Shown: positions 18,654 through 29,205, counted from the first letter of the stretch. The stretch: DNA of 64,000 nt from a bacterium (GCA_965219955.1 OZ244799.1:1472001-1536000); one strand, 5' to 3'. Notes: generated by a model from the letters alone, not told the origin. Numbers and translations: made by a program.

Positions 18654-20024
18654 ATGAAGAAAGCCCCTATCATTTGTGAGGATGTCACGCCCGCTTTCCC
18701 GTCCTACCCGTTGGCGGTCAAGGCCGGTGAGCTTCTGTTCGTCTCGGGTTTAAGGCCCACAGGCCCGGCGGGTTTCGCGGACCTGCCCGAAGCGGGCTGT
18801 GAGCAGATGCAGGGCTATCTGCTCGCCGACCTCACCGAAGGCCGCGTAGTCGCTGACTCCTGGGCGGTGCACGACAGCCTCGAGAAAATTCTCGTCGCGG
18901 CGGGCACGCATCGCGACCAGGTGTTGCGCCAGCACATCTGGCAGCGCGACAAGCGCTATTTCCCCAGCTACGAACACGTCCGGGTGCATTGGCAGCCGAC
19001 GCCCGCGCCCAGCAGCGGACTGGGCGTGACGGACGTCATCGGACGCGGCAGGCACTGGATCGGGGTCGACGCCATCGCCGCCTGCATACAACCCGGCGGC
19101 GTGTTCGGCGGACGCCAGGTGCTGACCGACGTCTACAACCCGGATCTGCCCGCGGCCTCGCACTACTGCCAGGCGATACGCTCTGGCGCCTTCGCCTTCT
19201 TCGCGGGCCACATCCCCATCAAGACCGCGGAGCCCGGAAAACCGCTGGTCAACTCTTATGACGACGTGCCGGAGGAGGGTCGTTTCCTCTCGACGGGGCG
19301 CAGCCACCCGGACAGCCGCCACGGCCCCATCGCGTCGCAGACCTGGTACGTCTACAACGAACTGAGTCGAACGCTCGCGGGCCACGGCATGGATATGGAA
19401 GACGTCGTGAACGTGTCGATTTTCCTGAGCGACCTGCGTGATTTCTCCACGTTCCACCGGGTGCACACCCATTTCTTCCCCGAAGTCCAGCCGTCGCTTT
19501 GCGTCACGGGATTCGACGAGGTGGGCCACCGCGGCACGCGCATCGAGATCGAAATCACCGCCATGGACCGGCGCAGCGGTCTCGCCCGCCAATCGTTCCC
19601 CTGGCCGGGAACGGCGCCCTTCGCGGCGCCCGCCGTCACGCAGGCGGGGCCGGTTTGTTACTTCTCGGGCATGGTGGGCGTCGATGAGGCGGGAGCGATC
19701 GTCCGGAGCGCGGACGCCCTTCCCGAGGCGGGGCGGCGCGCCGTGTCGGCCATGGAAGATATAGAGCGGCGGCCGGGTCTCGCCGCGCAATGCTGGATGG
19801 CGTGGGAGCAGCTTCTCGCAAGCGCTTCAGGTGCGGGCATGGAGCTGGCGGACATCGCCATGACCAGGGTGTACCTCTCCGACCCGGCGGACCTGGCGGT
19901 CTACGAGGCGGTTCGCGAGACCATCATCGACGAGGACCTGCCCGCTTTCGAGTGCGTGATCGTGCATGGCCCCGGCCCGGTCGCCGAAGCGCTGATCCAG
20001 ATTGACGCCATCGGTGTGAAATAA
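18654..20024 (+). CDS. Protein with three tandem RidA/YjgF-like domains
   Basis: Three repeats of Y/A..AV.AG...F.SG ... I.ID/E.A fold motifs. Confidence 0.8.
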   Translation: MKKAPIICEDVTPAFPSYPLAVKAGELLFVSGLRPTGPAGFADLPEAGCEQMQGYLLADLTEGRVVADSWAVHDSLEKILVAAGTHRDQVLRQHIWQRDKRYFPSYEHVRVHWQPTPAPSSGLGVTDVIGRGRHWIGVDAIAACIQPGGVFGGRQVLTDVYNPDLPAASHYCQAIRSGAFAFFAGHIPIKTAEPGKPLVNSYDDVPEEGRFLSTGRSHPDSRHGPIASQTWYVYNELSRTLAGHGMDMEDVVNVSIFLSDLRDFSTFHRVHTHFFPEVQPSLCVTGFDEVGHRGTRIEIEITAMDRRSGLARQSFPWPGTAPFAAPAVTQAGPVCYFSGMVGVDEAGAIVRSADALPEAGRRAVSAMEDIERRPGLAAQCWMAWEQLLASASGAGMELADIAMTRVYLSDPADLAVYEAVRETIIDEDLPAFECVIVHGPGPVAEALIQIDAIGVK

Positions 20025-20054
20025 AAAAGACAATCGCGCCGACGATTTACGGGG

Positions 20055-20738
20055 TCAGAACCAGGCCCACAAATCTTCCTTTGCGCGCAGTTCTTCACTT
20101 GCGCCGTCGAACACCACGCGCCCGCCTTTGAGCACGATGGCCCGCTCGACGACGTCCAGGGCGGCGAGCACGTTCTGCTCGACGAGGATCAGCCCGGTGC
20201 CGAGTTCCGAGTTGATGCGCGAGAGCGAGCCCAGCACGTTTTTCACGATTGCAGGTGCGAGGCCGGCGGTCGGCTCGTCGAGGAGGAGAATTTGCGGCCG
20301 CGTCATCAAGGCCAGCGAGACCGCGAGCATCTGCTGCTCTCCACCGCTCATGTCGCCTGCGAGCTGGTCCTGGCGTTCCCGCAGCAGCGGAAAAAGGGCA
20401 TAGGCCTCCTCGAGAAACGAGGAGTCTGACTTCGAACCCGCAATGTGGAGATTCTGCTCGACCGTGAGGTTCGGAAAGACGTTCTGGACCTGCGGCACGA
20501 AGCCGATTCCCAGCATGACGTTGCGGTGAACCTGATCGGCGACAATCGGCGAACCACCAAAAGCCACGGCGCCCGAGACATCCCTGACGCCGCCGACCAG
20601 GCATTTGAGAAGCGTCGACTTGCCTGAACCGTTGTGGCCAAAAATCCCCATCCGTACACCGGTATCGAAAGACAGCGACACGTCGTTCACGGCGACAAGT
20701 GGCCCGTAGCGGGCCGTGAGGTTTTGGATTTCGAACAT
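20055..20738 (-). CDS. Branched-chain amino acid-type ABC ATPase (LivF-like)
   Basis: GHNGSGKST, MSGGEQQM, LLDEPTAGLAP, LVEQN. Confidence 0.92.
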   Translation of the reverse strand: MFEIQNLTARYGPLVAVNDVSLSFDTGVRMGIFGHNGSGKSTLLKCLVGGVRDVSGAVAFGGSPIVADQVHRNVMLGIGFVPQVQNVFPNLTVEQNLHIAGSKSDSSFLEEAYALFPLLRERQDQLAGDMSGGEQQMLAVSLALMTRPQILLLDEPTAGLAPAIVKNVLGSLSRINSELGTGLILVEQNVLAALDVVERAIVLKGGRVVFDGASEELRAKEDLWAWF

Positions 20739-20754
20739 CGTTCTCTCTCGATTC

Positions 20755-21522
20755 CTACGGGTGTTCGCCGCCGAAATACAGGTCCGTGAGTTGCGAATCG
20801 CGCGTCAGTTCGTCGACGGAGCCGCTGGCCAGAACGCAACCGTTGAACATGAAAACCGTGCGATCGCTGATGTCGCGTATGAACGAGATGTTGTGCTCCA
20901 CCACGCAGACCGCGCGCCCGGCCTGGGCCTCTTCGCGGATGACGCGGATGATCGTTTCATACGCCTGTCCCTCGACGCCCGCCATGGGTTCATCCAGCAA
21001 CAGGCACGCCGCGTCGCTCATCAGCGCCCGGGCGAGGCCGATCCGCTTCTGCTGGCCGTAGGAGAGTTCGATCGCCATCTCGTGCATCTTGTCGGCGAGA
21101 CCCACCCGCTCGAGAAGCACCATGGCCTTCTCCGTCGCTTCCTGGCGGAAGGCGTCGACCGAGCGGCGGCGGAACAGAATGCGCGCCAGCGATTCTCCGG
21201 GGTAGCGACGCGTCGCTATCAGCAGGTTGTCGATCACCGACATCGAGTGAAACATGCGGGTGTTCTGCCAGGTTCGGGCCAGCCCGATCCGCGCGCGGTG
21301 GTGCATGGGCAGTTGATCCACGCGATGGCCTTCCAGGGTGATTGAACCCGCATCGGGGGGAATCACGCCCGAGATCAGGTTGAACAAAGACGTCTTGCCC
21401 GCCCCGTTGGGTCCGATGAGGCCGACGATCTCGCCCGCCTCGAAGCTCAGGTTGACGTCGTCCGCCACCACGATTCCGCCAAAGCTCTTGTGCAGATCCT
21501 CGATCCGGACGATTGCGCTCAT
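20755..21522 (-). CDS. Branched-chain amino acid-type ABC ATPase (LivG-like)
   Basis: GPNGAGKT, LSYGQQK, LLDEPMAG, VEH; start at MSAIVR overlapping the livM-like stop. Confidence 0.92.
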   Translation of the reverse strand: MSAIVRIEDLHKSFGGIVVADDVNLSFEAGEIVGLIGPNGAGKTSLFNLISGVIPPDAGSITLEGHRVDQLPMHHRARIGLARTWQNTRMFHSMSVIDNLLIATRRYPGESLARILFRRRSVDAFRQEATEKAMVLLERVGLADKMHEMAIELSYGQQKRIGLARALMSDAACLLLDEPMAGVEGQAYETIIRVIREEAQAGRAVCVVEHNISFIRDISDRTVFMFNGCVLASGSVDELTRDSQLTDLYFGGEHP

Positions 21523-22433
21523 TCCGCATCCCTCCTCGCCCTGAAGGCCGCGCTCGCGCTCCAGGCCTCGAGCCCTCCGCCGCCCCTGGTGCCTCCCGTC
21601 AGGCCCTGGGGCCGGGCGAAGAGGAAGAATATGACGAGCGTCGTGTAGATGACGCCCTGAAGCGGCGCCATGATGGAGACGGGCAGACCGAGAAACGTGA
21701 TGGCCTGCGGAAGGGTCGTCAGGAGCACCGCGCCCACGAGGGGGCCCCAGGTCGTGGCGGCGCCGCCCACGACCACCATCGTCAGCAGGGCCGCTGAGGT
21801 GAATATCCCGAACTGCTCGGGCGTGACGTAGGCGAAATAATGGGCATACAGCGCGCCCGCCAGGCCGGCCATGCCCGAGCCGATGGCAAACAGGACGATC
21901 TTGATGTTCATCGCGTTGCGGCCCAGGGCGCTGAAGGCTTCCTCGTCGTTGCGCATGGCGGTGATGGCCCGCCCGTAATCCCCCTCGACGATCCAGCCCA
22001 CAAGCAGGACCGCGCAGGCGGCGACGACCGCGATAAGCAACACGAAGACGAGGCTTCTCGACGGGCCTTCGTTCAGCACCGGAATGTTGGTCAGCCCGCC
22101 GGCCGCGCCGGTGAATTCGAGGTTGTTGATGACGTGCAGGATTCCCAACTGGAACCCGATGCTGGCGATGACGAGGTAATCGCCCGACACGCGAAGCGAG
22201 GGCAGCGAAACGCCGAACGAGAGCACCATCGCGATTCCTGCCCCCATCAGGATCGAGAGTGGAACCGGAATTTGCAGGTGAATCGCCAGAAGCCCCGAGC
22301 AATAGGCCCCGAGCGCGTAGAAGATGGGATGGGCGACGCTCATCAGCCCGCCGTATCCCAGAATGAGGTTGAAGCTCGTAGCGAGGATCACGTTGATCCC
22401 GATGAGCACCATCACTGTCAGGATGTATTCCAT
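21519..22433 (-). CDS. Branched-chain amino acid-type ABC permease (LivM-like)
   Basis: NLILGYGG..S..H..FYALGAY, GDYL.IASIGF, MVVVGG. Confidence 0.92.
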   Translation of the reverse strand: MEYILTVMVLIGINVILATSFNLILGYGGLMSVAHPIFYALGAYCSGLLAIHLQIPVPLSILMGAGIAMVLSFGVSLPSLRVSGDYLVIASIGFQLGILHVINNLEFTGAAGGLTNIPVLNEGPSRSLVFVLLIAVVAACAVLLVGWIVEGDYGRAITAMRNDEEAFSALGRNAMNIKIVLFAIGSGMAGLAGALYAHYFAYVTPEQFGIFTSAALLTMVVVGGAATTWGPLVGAVLLTTLPQAITFLGLPVSIMAPLQGVIYTTLVIFFLFARPQGLTGGTRGGGGLEAWSASAAFRARRDAE

Positions 22434-22440
22434 TTCCGGC

Positions 22441-23388
22441 TCAGTCTCCCGCAGGGTCGGCCACCGCCACGGCGGCGGAGCGTCCCGATGGTCTCACCAG
22501 CCCGCTCAGCTTGCGCGGCAAGGCGAATCCGCGCGGGAAGAAGATGATGACGACGAAGATCAGGATATAGGCGAGCAGCGCCTGCCATTTGGAGGCGATG
22601 ACGAGAATGCTGAACGCCTGTATGAGGCTCAGCGCGACCGCCGCGATCCCGGCGAGAAAGATGTTGCCGATGCCGGCCAGAATCGTCGCGATGACGGCGA
22701 ATATCAACAGATGCTGGAGCGGCGTGGAGGGAAACAGCGCCGCCTTGGTCCCGAAAAGATACATGCCGGCGGTGATGAGCACCGCGGCGATGGAGATCGA
22801 AACGCCGTAGGCGCGCTTTCGGCTGATGCCGTATATCTCGGCCAGATTCTCGTTATCGGCGACGGCGATCAGATACCGGCCGTAGCGCGTGCGGTGGATG
22901 AACAGGTAGAGGAGCAGCATCAGCACCGCCGTCACCGCAATCGCCATCAAGTCCCAGTGGCTGATCGCAATGCCGGCGTATAAGTCGACGGGCCACAACA
23001 GGCTCGGGTAAAGCGTCTGCGGTTCGGTTCCGAAGATTAGCTCCATGAGATAGACCGAGAACTCCGAAAACACGATCGTGAAGATGAACAGGGTCAGGAT
23101 CGAGGAGTTGCGGTCGCGGAACACCATGAAGGCGCAGCGCTCCAGGGCGAGCGAGACGGCGAGCGTTATCAGGAGCCCGAAAACCAGGGCGGGAACCAGC
23201 GGCAGGCCCCAGCGCCGGAACGCCACGAGCAGGGAGTAATAGGCGAACACCATCACCCCGGCCTGGGCGAAGTTCCATATCTTGTTGACCTTGAGAACGA
23301 GCGAGAAGGCGACCGCGAACAGGCAGTAATAGGTCGCCGCGGCGAACCCCGTCCACAGGAGCTGCCCCAAAATCCCCCAGGTCAGCAT
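22441..23388 (-). CDS. Branched-chain amino acid-type ABC permease (LivH-like)
   Basis: NFAQA, RTRYGR..AVADN..LA..GI motifs, multiple TM helices. Confidence 0.9.
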   Translation of the reverse strand: MLTWGILGQLLWTGFAAATYYCLFAVAFSLVLKVNKIWNFAQAGVMVFAYYSLLVAFRRWGLPLVPALVFGLLITLAVSLALERCAFMVFRDRNSSILTLFIFTIVFSEFSVYLMELIFGTEPQTLYPSLLWPVDLYAGIAISHWDLMAIAVTAVLMLLLYLFIHRTRYGRYLIAVADNENLAEIYGISRKRAYGVSISIAAVLITAGMYLFGTKAALFPSTPLQHLLIFAVIATILAGIGNIFLAGIAAVALSLIQAFSILVIASKWQALLAYILIFVVIIFFPRGFALPRKLSGLVRPSGRSAAVAVADPAGD

Positions 23389-23462
23389 GGCTTGAAGTCA
23401 CACACGATAAAATCCCGGTGGGCGCGCCCGGCGGCGCGCCCACGCAGAGGAAGCATACGGGA

Positions 23463-24647
23463 TCAGTCCTTCTGGGAGCCGATAAGCGTGAATTTGCCGC
23501 CCTTGACCTGCCAGAAATAGACCGGCTTCTTGACGGTGTGGTCGTCGTTGATGGTCACCGTGTTGGTCAGGGGTTGCTCGAACGTCTTGATTGCCACGAG
23601 CGCCTTGCGCATGTTCTCGCCGGTGATCGGCAGCTTCTTGTCCAGCACCCACTTATAAAGCGCCGCCACGATGTAGGGCGCATCGTAGAAATACTGCGTA
23701 TAGGGCAGCCCGATGGGCATGCGCTTGTACGCCTTTTTCCAGCGCTCGATATAGGCGGGCAGGTTCTTGTTGTCCTCCACGCTGGGGGCCAGCGCGGTCA
23801 CGATGATGCCCTCGGCCCCCTTGCCCAACTGCTGGATCATCTTGGGGTTGAAAGCCGTCTGGTAGCTGGTGATCTGGGTCTTCACGCCGAGCTGGCGCAT
23901 CTGCGCGACGACGGCCGTGAAATCGCGGATCACGCTGTGGATGTGGATGATGTCGGGATTCGCCGCTTTCACCTTGAGCACCAGGCCGGTGAAGTCCGAA
24001 CGCTCCTGCTCGTAGGACTCATAGACGACGACTTTGCCGCCGGCCTTCTTGAAGCTGTTGCTGAAGACCTTGGCGCCGTCGCGGCCCGTCTCATGGTTGA
24101 CGTGGAGAACAGCGGCGCGTCGCTTGCCCATCTTCTGATAGGCGTATTTGCCTAAAGCGTTCATGTCCACGTCGGCCAGCGGGAAAGTCGTGTAGACGTA
24201 ATCGCCCAGCCGCGCGATGGCCGGCGCGTTTGCGCCCACGCTGAGCATCAGCACCTTCTCGCGGTTGGCGATGGGCGCGACCGCCTTGACCACGTTGCTG
24301 AACGCGGTGATGTATACCGGCACCTTCTCCACGTGGACGAAGCGGTTGACCACCGCGATGCCGACCTCGGGCTTCGCCTGGTGATCCAGGATGATGGCTT
24401 CGAGCGGATGGCCGTTGACGCCGCCCTTGGCGTTGATGTCGTCGACCGCCCAGCGGACCGCCTGCATCTGATCCTTGCCGAAAATCGCGGCGGGCCCGGT
24501 CAGCGGATCCGCAACTCCGAAGCGAAGCGGTTTCTTCTTGGCCGCCAGCGCGTCACCGGCGAGCGGCCCGCCCAACAAACCAATCGCTACGACGAGCGCA
24601 ACCCAGAAGGAGGCACGTTTCAGATAACGCGAAAAGATGTGGTTCAT
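23463..24647 (-). CDS. LivJ/K-type substrate-binding protein
   Basis: Signal peptide, PLTGPAA.FG, INAKGGVNG. Confidence 0.92.
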   Translation of the reverse strand: MNHIFSRYLKRASFWVALVVAIGLLGGPLAGDALAAKKKPLRFGVADPLTGPAAIFGKDQMQAVRWAVDDINAKGGVNGHPLEAIILDHQAKPEVGIAVVNRFVHVEKVPVYITAFSNVVKAVAPIANREKVLMLSVGANAPAIARLGDYVYTTFPLADVDMNALGKYAYQKMGKRRAAVLHVNHETGRDGAKVFSNSFKKAGGKVVVYESYEQERSDFTGLVLKVKAANPDIIHIHSVIRDFTAVVAQMRQLGVKTQITSYQTAFNPKMIQQLGKGAEGIIVTALAPSVEDNKNLPAYIERWKKAYKRMPIGLPYTQYFYDAPYIVAALYKWVLDKKLPITGENMRKALVAIKTFEQPLTNTVTINDDHTVKKPVYFWQVKGGKFTLIGSQKD

Positions 24648-24793
24648 CGACTTTTCTCCCGTGTAGATGTGAACCCGGATATTCGGTTGTATGGCAGTCC
24701 AAAAATTACAACACGGCCTTTTGTTCCGTGTCAACGTTTCCGCGGGGCAATCAACAGGCGCGGCAGAAATCCCGATGAGCGGTGATTCGAGCG

Positions 24794-25867
24794 TCATCTC
24801 CCGTGGGCGCGGTGGTACGGGTCGGCGACATAGGCCTCATCCATCACGCCGAGCGCTCCGGCCGCTTTTTGCGGCCAGTAGGGCTCGCGCAGCATCTCGC
24901 GCGCCATGAAGACGATGTCGGCCTCGTCGTTTCGGACGATCTGATCCGCCTGCCACGCCTGGGTGATCATGCCCACTGTGGCAGTTGGAATTTCGGCTCC
25001 CGCGCGCACGGCTTGTGAGAGCGGCGTCTGGTATCCAGGCCCCACGGGAATCTTCGCCAGCGGCGTTCCTCCGCCTCCGCTGCAATCGATGAGGTCGACT
25101 CCTTCGGTTTTGAGGATTTTGGCGAGTTCTATCGTTTCATCGAGCGTCCAGCCGCCCTCGAAATAGTCGGTGCACGAGAGGCGGATGGCCAGCGGCTTCT
25201 CTTCCGGCCACTGTTCCCTCACGATTCGAACCGTCTCCAACGTGAAGCGGATGCGGTTCTCGAAGCTCCCGCCGTAGTTGTCTTCTCTTTGGTTCGAGAC
25301 CGGGGAGTGGAAGCCGTGGAAGAGATACCCATGCGCGCCGTGGATTTCGAGCCACCCGAATCCCGCCTCATCAGCACGTCTCGCGCCCTGGCGAAACGCT
25401 TCCTGAATCACGGCGATCTCCTCGACGCTCAGCGCCCTGGGCACGCGCGCCTTCTCGTGAAACGGAACGGCGCTCGGCGCCACGATCTCCCAGCCGCCCT
25501 CCTCGTCCGTGAGATAGCCCCCGCCCTCCCAGGTGGGCGCGCAGCTGCCCTTGCGGCCCGCGTGTCCTATCTGAATCCCGGCGACGGCCCCCTGGCCGGC
25601 GACGAAATGCGCGACCCGCGCCAGGGGTTCTACGTGCTCATCCGACCAGATGCCCGAGCACCCGCGCGTGATGCGTCCGCGCGCCTCCACGTTCGTCATC
25701 TCGACCATCACCAGACCCGCGCCGCCGACCGCGCGGGCGCCCAGGTGCACGAGATGCCAGTCGGTGAGCTTGCCGTCCTCGGCGCTGTACTGGCACATGG
25801 GGGAAACGCAAATCCGGTTCCTGAGCGTCACGCCCCGCAAAGAAAATTCATCGAAAAGTTTCGCCAT
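24794..25867 (-). CDS. NADH:flavin oxidoreductase (old yellow enzyme, YqjM/NamA type)
   Basis: NRICVSPMCQYS, QIGHAGRK, EIHGAHGYL, YGGSFENR. Confidence 0.95.
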   Translation of the reverse strand: MAKLFDEFSLRGVTLRNRICVSPMCQYSAEDGKLTDWHLVHLGARAVGGAGLVMVEMTNVEARGRITRGCSGIWSDEHVEPLARVAHFVAGQGAVAGIQIGHAGRKGSCAPTWEGGGYLTDEEGGWEIVAPSAVPFHEKARVPRALSVEEIAVIQEAFRQGARRADEAGFGWLEIHGAHGYLFHGFHSPVSNQREDNYGGSFENRIRFTLETVRIVREQWPEEKPLAIRLSCTDYFEGGWTLDETIELAKILKTEGVDLIDCSGGGGTPLAKIPVGPGYQTPLSQAVRAGAEIPTATVGMITQAWQADQIVRNDEADIVFMAREMLREPYWPQKAAGALGVMDEAYVADPYHRAHGR

Positions 25868-25962
25868 CTTTCCTCTCATCCTTGAGAAACTGAAACACAA
25901 GAAAAATCCTCCGGGCGGTGTCTGGAAATCCCGCCCGGAGGAGAAAACGCGTTAGTCGCTTC

Positions 25963-26751
25963 CTACGGCGTCGCCCGGCGGCTGCCGCCATCCATGTAGA
26001 GGGAACTGCCGTTCACGTAAGAACACGCGGCGGAGGCCAGGAACGCCGCTACGTTCGCCACTTCTTCGGGCTCGGCGATTCTGCCGGCGGGCGTCCTCGC
26101 GCCGACTTCTTTCAAGAATTCCTCGACGTCCTTGCCCGCCTTGTCCGCGGGGCCCTGCATGAGGTCGCGCGCGCGCTGCGTGTTCGTCATGCCCGGGCAG
26201 ACGGTGTTCACCTGAATCCCCTCTCCCGCCACGGCGTCGGAGAGCGCTCTCGTGTTGTTGAGCACCGTGATGTTCGCTGCGCTCGTGGGAATGTTCCCCC
26301 GCGCCGGACTCGCGCCCGCGCCGCCCGCGATGTTCACGATGCGGCCCCAGCCGTTCTTCTTCATGTGGGGGATCACCAACTGGGACATGCGCAGATACCC
26401 GTAGGTCTTGAGCGTGAGCGCCTCGGTAATGAATTCCGCGTCGAGTTCAAGAATGTCTCCGCCCCGCGCCGCGCCCGCGCTGTTGATGAGGATGTCCACG
26501 CCGCCGAAATTCGCGACGCACGCATCGACCACCTTCTTGCAGCCATCGAGAGAGTTCAGATCGGAGGAGACGAACATGCCCTCGCCCCCTGCGGCGTTCA
26601 CATCTTCCACCGCTGTAGACAAAAGCGCCTCATCGCGCGCCGTGACGCAAACGCGGGCGCCCTCTTTCGCCAGCGCGATGGCGCATTCGCGGCCGATGCC
26701 GCGGCTCGCGCCGGTAACGATGGCAATCTTTCCACTCAGACCAAGATCCAT
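25963..26751 (-). CDS. SDR family oxidoreductase (atypical active site)
   Basis: TGASRGIG, NSAG; the YxxxK position reads TSAAN. Confidence 0.85.
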   Translation of the reverse strand: MDLGLSGKIAIVTGASRGIGRECAIALAKEGARVCVTARDEALLSTAVEDVNAAGGEGMFVSSDLNSLDGCKKVVDACVANFGGVDILINSAGAARGGDILELDAEFITEALTLKTYGYLRMSQLVIPHMKKNGWGRIVNIAGGAGASPARGNIPTSAANITVLNNTRALSDAVAGEGIQVNTVCPGMTNTQRARDLMQGPADKAGKDVEEFLKEVGARTPAGRIAEPEEVANVAAFLASAACSYVNGSSLYMDGGSRRATP

Positions 26752-26798
26752 CCTTTTCTCCTTAGAAAATCATGAATAAAACGATGAAATGCCGCTGC

Positions 26799-27887
26799 TT
26801 AAGCCAGCACGAGCTGGCAAGGATTCGTGGCCCGATATTCGGCCTTCTTGTTAGTGATCTCCATCACACGGGGCAGGTTTTCGATGCCGTGCTCCTCGTG
26901 CGTGATGAGAGAGTTCACATCTATCCTTCCGCTGGCCACCCATTGTCCGCCCAGAGCCACGGTGTCCGCTCCATGGCCTTCGGGGTAAATCCACTGAACC
27001 CCCTGGGCGCGCATGAAGACGGGGTCGAATTTCACGTCGCCGATGAGACCCGCGACCTGGATGACGCGCCCGCCGATGCGCACCATGCGCGTCGCCTGGT
27101 GAAGCGTGGTGTGGCCCGAGAGGCCCTGATCCGCGTTGCCGCCCGCGCACTCGAAAACGAGGTCGACGCCCTTGCCCGCCGTGATCTCCATCACCTTCTC
27201 GACGGGATCATCCACTCTCGCGTCGATGACTTCATCCGCACCGAACTTGCGGCTCAAGGCGAGGGCCTCGTCTTTCACGTCGCTCACATAGACGGCCCCT
27301 GCTCCGCAGGTGCGCGCGGCCTGCAAGGCGTAGAGACCCATGACCCCCTGACCGGTGATGGCCACCGTCTCGCCCGTCTGGATCTTCGCATCGCGCATGG
27401 CGGCGACCGTGGAGGAAAGCGGCTGGAGACATGCGATGGATGTATCGTCCAGCGTCTGCGGCGGCCTCACGAGGCCGTGCGCGGGCAGCGAGATGTATTC
27501 GGCGAACGCGCCCGGGGTGTTGATGCCCACGTGGAGCTTGTCGATGCAATACATCTCCCGCCCCTCGCGGCAGAAACTGCACTTTTGGCACGGAACGTGG
27601 CCGGAAGTGCACACCCTGTCACCGGGCCTTAAGTGCTCGACGCCATCGCCCACCTCGACGACTTCCGCGCTCATCTCGTGCCCCAGCAACTGCACGGGCG
27701 CATATTTTTCGAGCATTTCCCTCAAAAGCGCCGAATTGATGGTTCCGATGCCCAGGGACCTCTGCACGTCGGTGATGCTCGGCTGCACACGCCGCACCTT
27801 GCACACGGCCCAGCCCGGCTTCACCTCGGGATCGGGCACCTCATCCAACCGCATATCGCCAAAGGCGTAGAAACGCCACGCTTTCAT
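26799..27887 (-). CDS. Zinc-binding (MDR) dehydrogenase, atypical catalytic site
   Basis: LGHE, structural Zn CxxCxxC-x7-C, GQGVMG; start at MKAWRF. Confidence 0.88.
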   Translation of the reverse strand: MKAWRFYAFGDMRLDEVPDPEVKPGWAVCKVRRVQPSITDVQRSLGIGTINSALLREMLEKYAPVQLLGHEMSAEVVEVGDGVEHLRPGDRVCTSGHVPCQKCSFCREGREMYCIDKLHVGINTPGAFAEYISLPAHGLVRPPQTLDDTSIACLQPLSSTVAAMRDAKIQTGETVAITGQGVMGLYALQAARTCGAGAVYVSDVKDEALALSRKFGADEVIDARVDDPVEKVMEITAGKGVDLVFECAGGNADQGLSGHTTLHQATRMVRIGGRVIQVAGLIGDVKFDPVFMRAQGVQWIYPEGHGADTVALGGQWVASGRIDVNSLITHEEHGIENLPRVMEITNKKAEYRATNPCQLVLA

Positions 27888-28013
27888 GCTTGCGAACCCT
27901 CCACTTGTAAAGGCAAACTCACCGCAATAGCTCTTAACACTCTTTTCCCCATCCGCCAAGACTGGGCGGGAGATTTGTTTGCGCGCGGCTTTCCGCCCGC
28001 GCGAGGAGAAAAC

Positions 28014-29063
28014 ATGCCGGACATCAAGGTTCATGCAAAAAATCTTCATGCCTATCTCGCGCGCGTCTACCAGGCGCTCGGCCTCCCCGAATCGGACGCC
28101 AACGCGTGTGCGGCCCAGATTGTGGACGCCGAACTGAGGGGCGTGGGTTCGCACGGGTGCGTTCGCTTCGGGGTCTTCGTGGAGCGCCTCAAAAACGGGA
28201 CGGCGAACCCGAAGCCCAGCGTGCGAACCATCACCGATCTGCCCGCTTTTACCCTCCTGGACGGAGACTACGGCATGAGCGCGGTCGTCGCTCGGCGCGC
28301 CATGGAGGCCGCCATCGAGAAGGCGAAGGCCGGCGGCATCGGCGCCGCCGCGATCCGCAAATCCTCCCACACGGGCCACATCGGCTATTTCGCCGCCATG
28401 GCGCTCGAACACGGGATGATCGGCATGGTCATCAGCGGCGCTGTGGGAAACCTTGCCCCGTGGGGCGGTTTCGAGAGAATGATCGGGAACAACCCGGTGG
28501 CCTTCGCGGTTCCCTCGAACCAGGAATATCCCATCCTCTTCGACATCGCCACCTCCAAGGTGGCGAGAGGCTACGTGCTGCTGGCCGCCAGGACGGGGGA
28601 GCCGATCCCTGAGGGCTGGGCGCTCGACCCTTCAGGCAACCCGACCACGGACGCCGACCTCGCCGCAAAGGGAACCATGCTGCCCCTGGGCGATTACAAG
28701 GGATACGGCCTGGCGCTCATGTTCACCTTCCTGACGGGGGCGCTTACGGGCAACGGTTTCGACGCCGACCAGCCCGATTGGCTGGAGACGGATAAACCAT
28801 TCGGCCTGCCCATGTTCGCCATGGCGATAGACCCGGAGAGATGCCTGGGCGGCGGCTACAAAGCGGCGGTGAATGAGGCCGTGGCGCGGATCAAGGCCTC
28901 GGGCCTGGCGCCGGGTTTCGATGAAATCCGCATCCCCGGCGAAGGCGCTCACCGCAGGTACCAGGCGGCACTGGCCGAGGGCATCCCGATCAAAGAAGCG
29001 CTCGCTCAGGATCTGGACCGGATCGCGGCGGAAGTCGGCGTTTCGCCGTTGCCCGGAAACTGA
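28014..29063 (+). CDS. Ldh_2 family oxidoreductase
   Basis: AELRGVGSHG, SSHTG, GNNP, FDIATS, YKGYGL, RIPGE. Confidence 0.9.
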   Translation: MPDIKVHAKNLHAYLARVYQALGLPESDANACAAQIVDAELRGVGSHGCVRFGVFVERLKNGTANPKPSVRTITDLPAFTLLDGDYGMSAVVARRAMEAAIEKAKAGGIGAAAIRKSSHTGHIGYFAAMALEHGMIGMVISGAVGNLAPWGGFERMIGNNPVAFAVPSNQEYPILFDIATSKVARGYVLLAARTGEPIPEGWALDPSGNPTTDADLAAKGTMLPLGDYKGYGLALMFTFLTGALTGNGFDADQPDWLETDKPFGLPMFAMAIDPERCLGGGYKAAVNEAVARIKASGLAPGFDEIRIPGEGAHRRYQAALAEGIPIKEALAQDLDRIAAEVGVSPLPGN

Positions 29064-29205
29064 ACGGGATGAAAACCCCCGTCTTTGTTGAAGTGTTGGC
29101 TCCCATGCGCTAGGTTTATGGCTCGTTGATTGGACGATTCTCAATTATCCGTCACATGGCTGGGTGCGAGGCGTTTTCGCGCCCTGAATTTTTGAAGGAG
29201 AAGAT

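Noticed and set aside
20755-22302. 515-aa apparent fusion ORF
   Set aside because: The N-terminal half is an off-frame shadow of the livM-like gene; the real start is 21522
26799-29063. Mutually overlapping 537-aa and 476-aa ORFs
   Set aside because: The extensions are antisense to each other's genes; real starts at 27887 and 28014 leave a normal divergent gap
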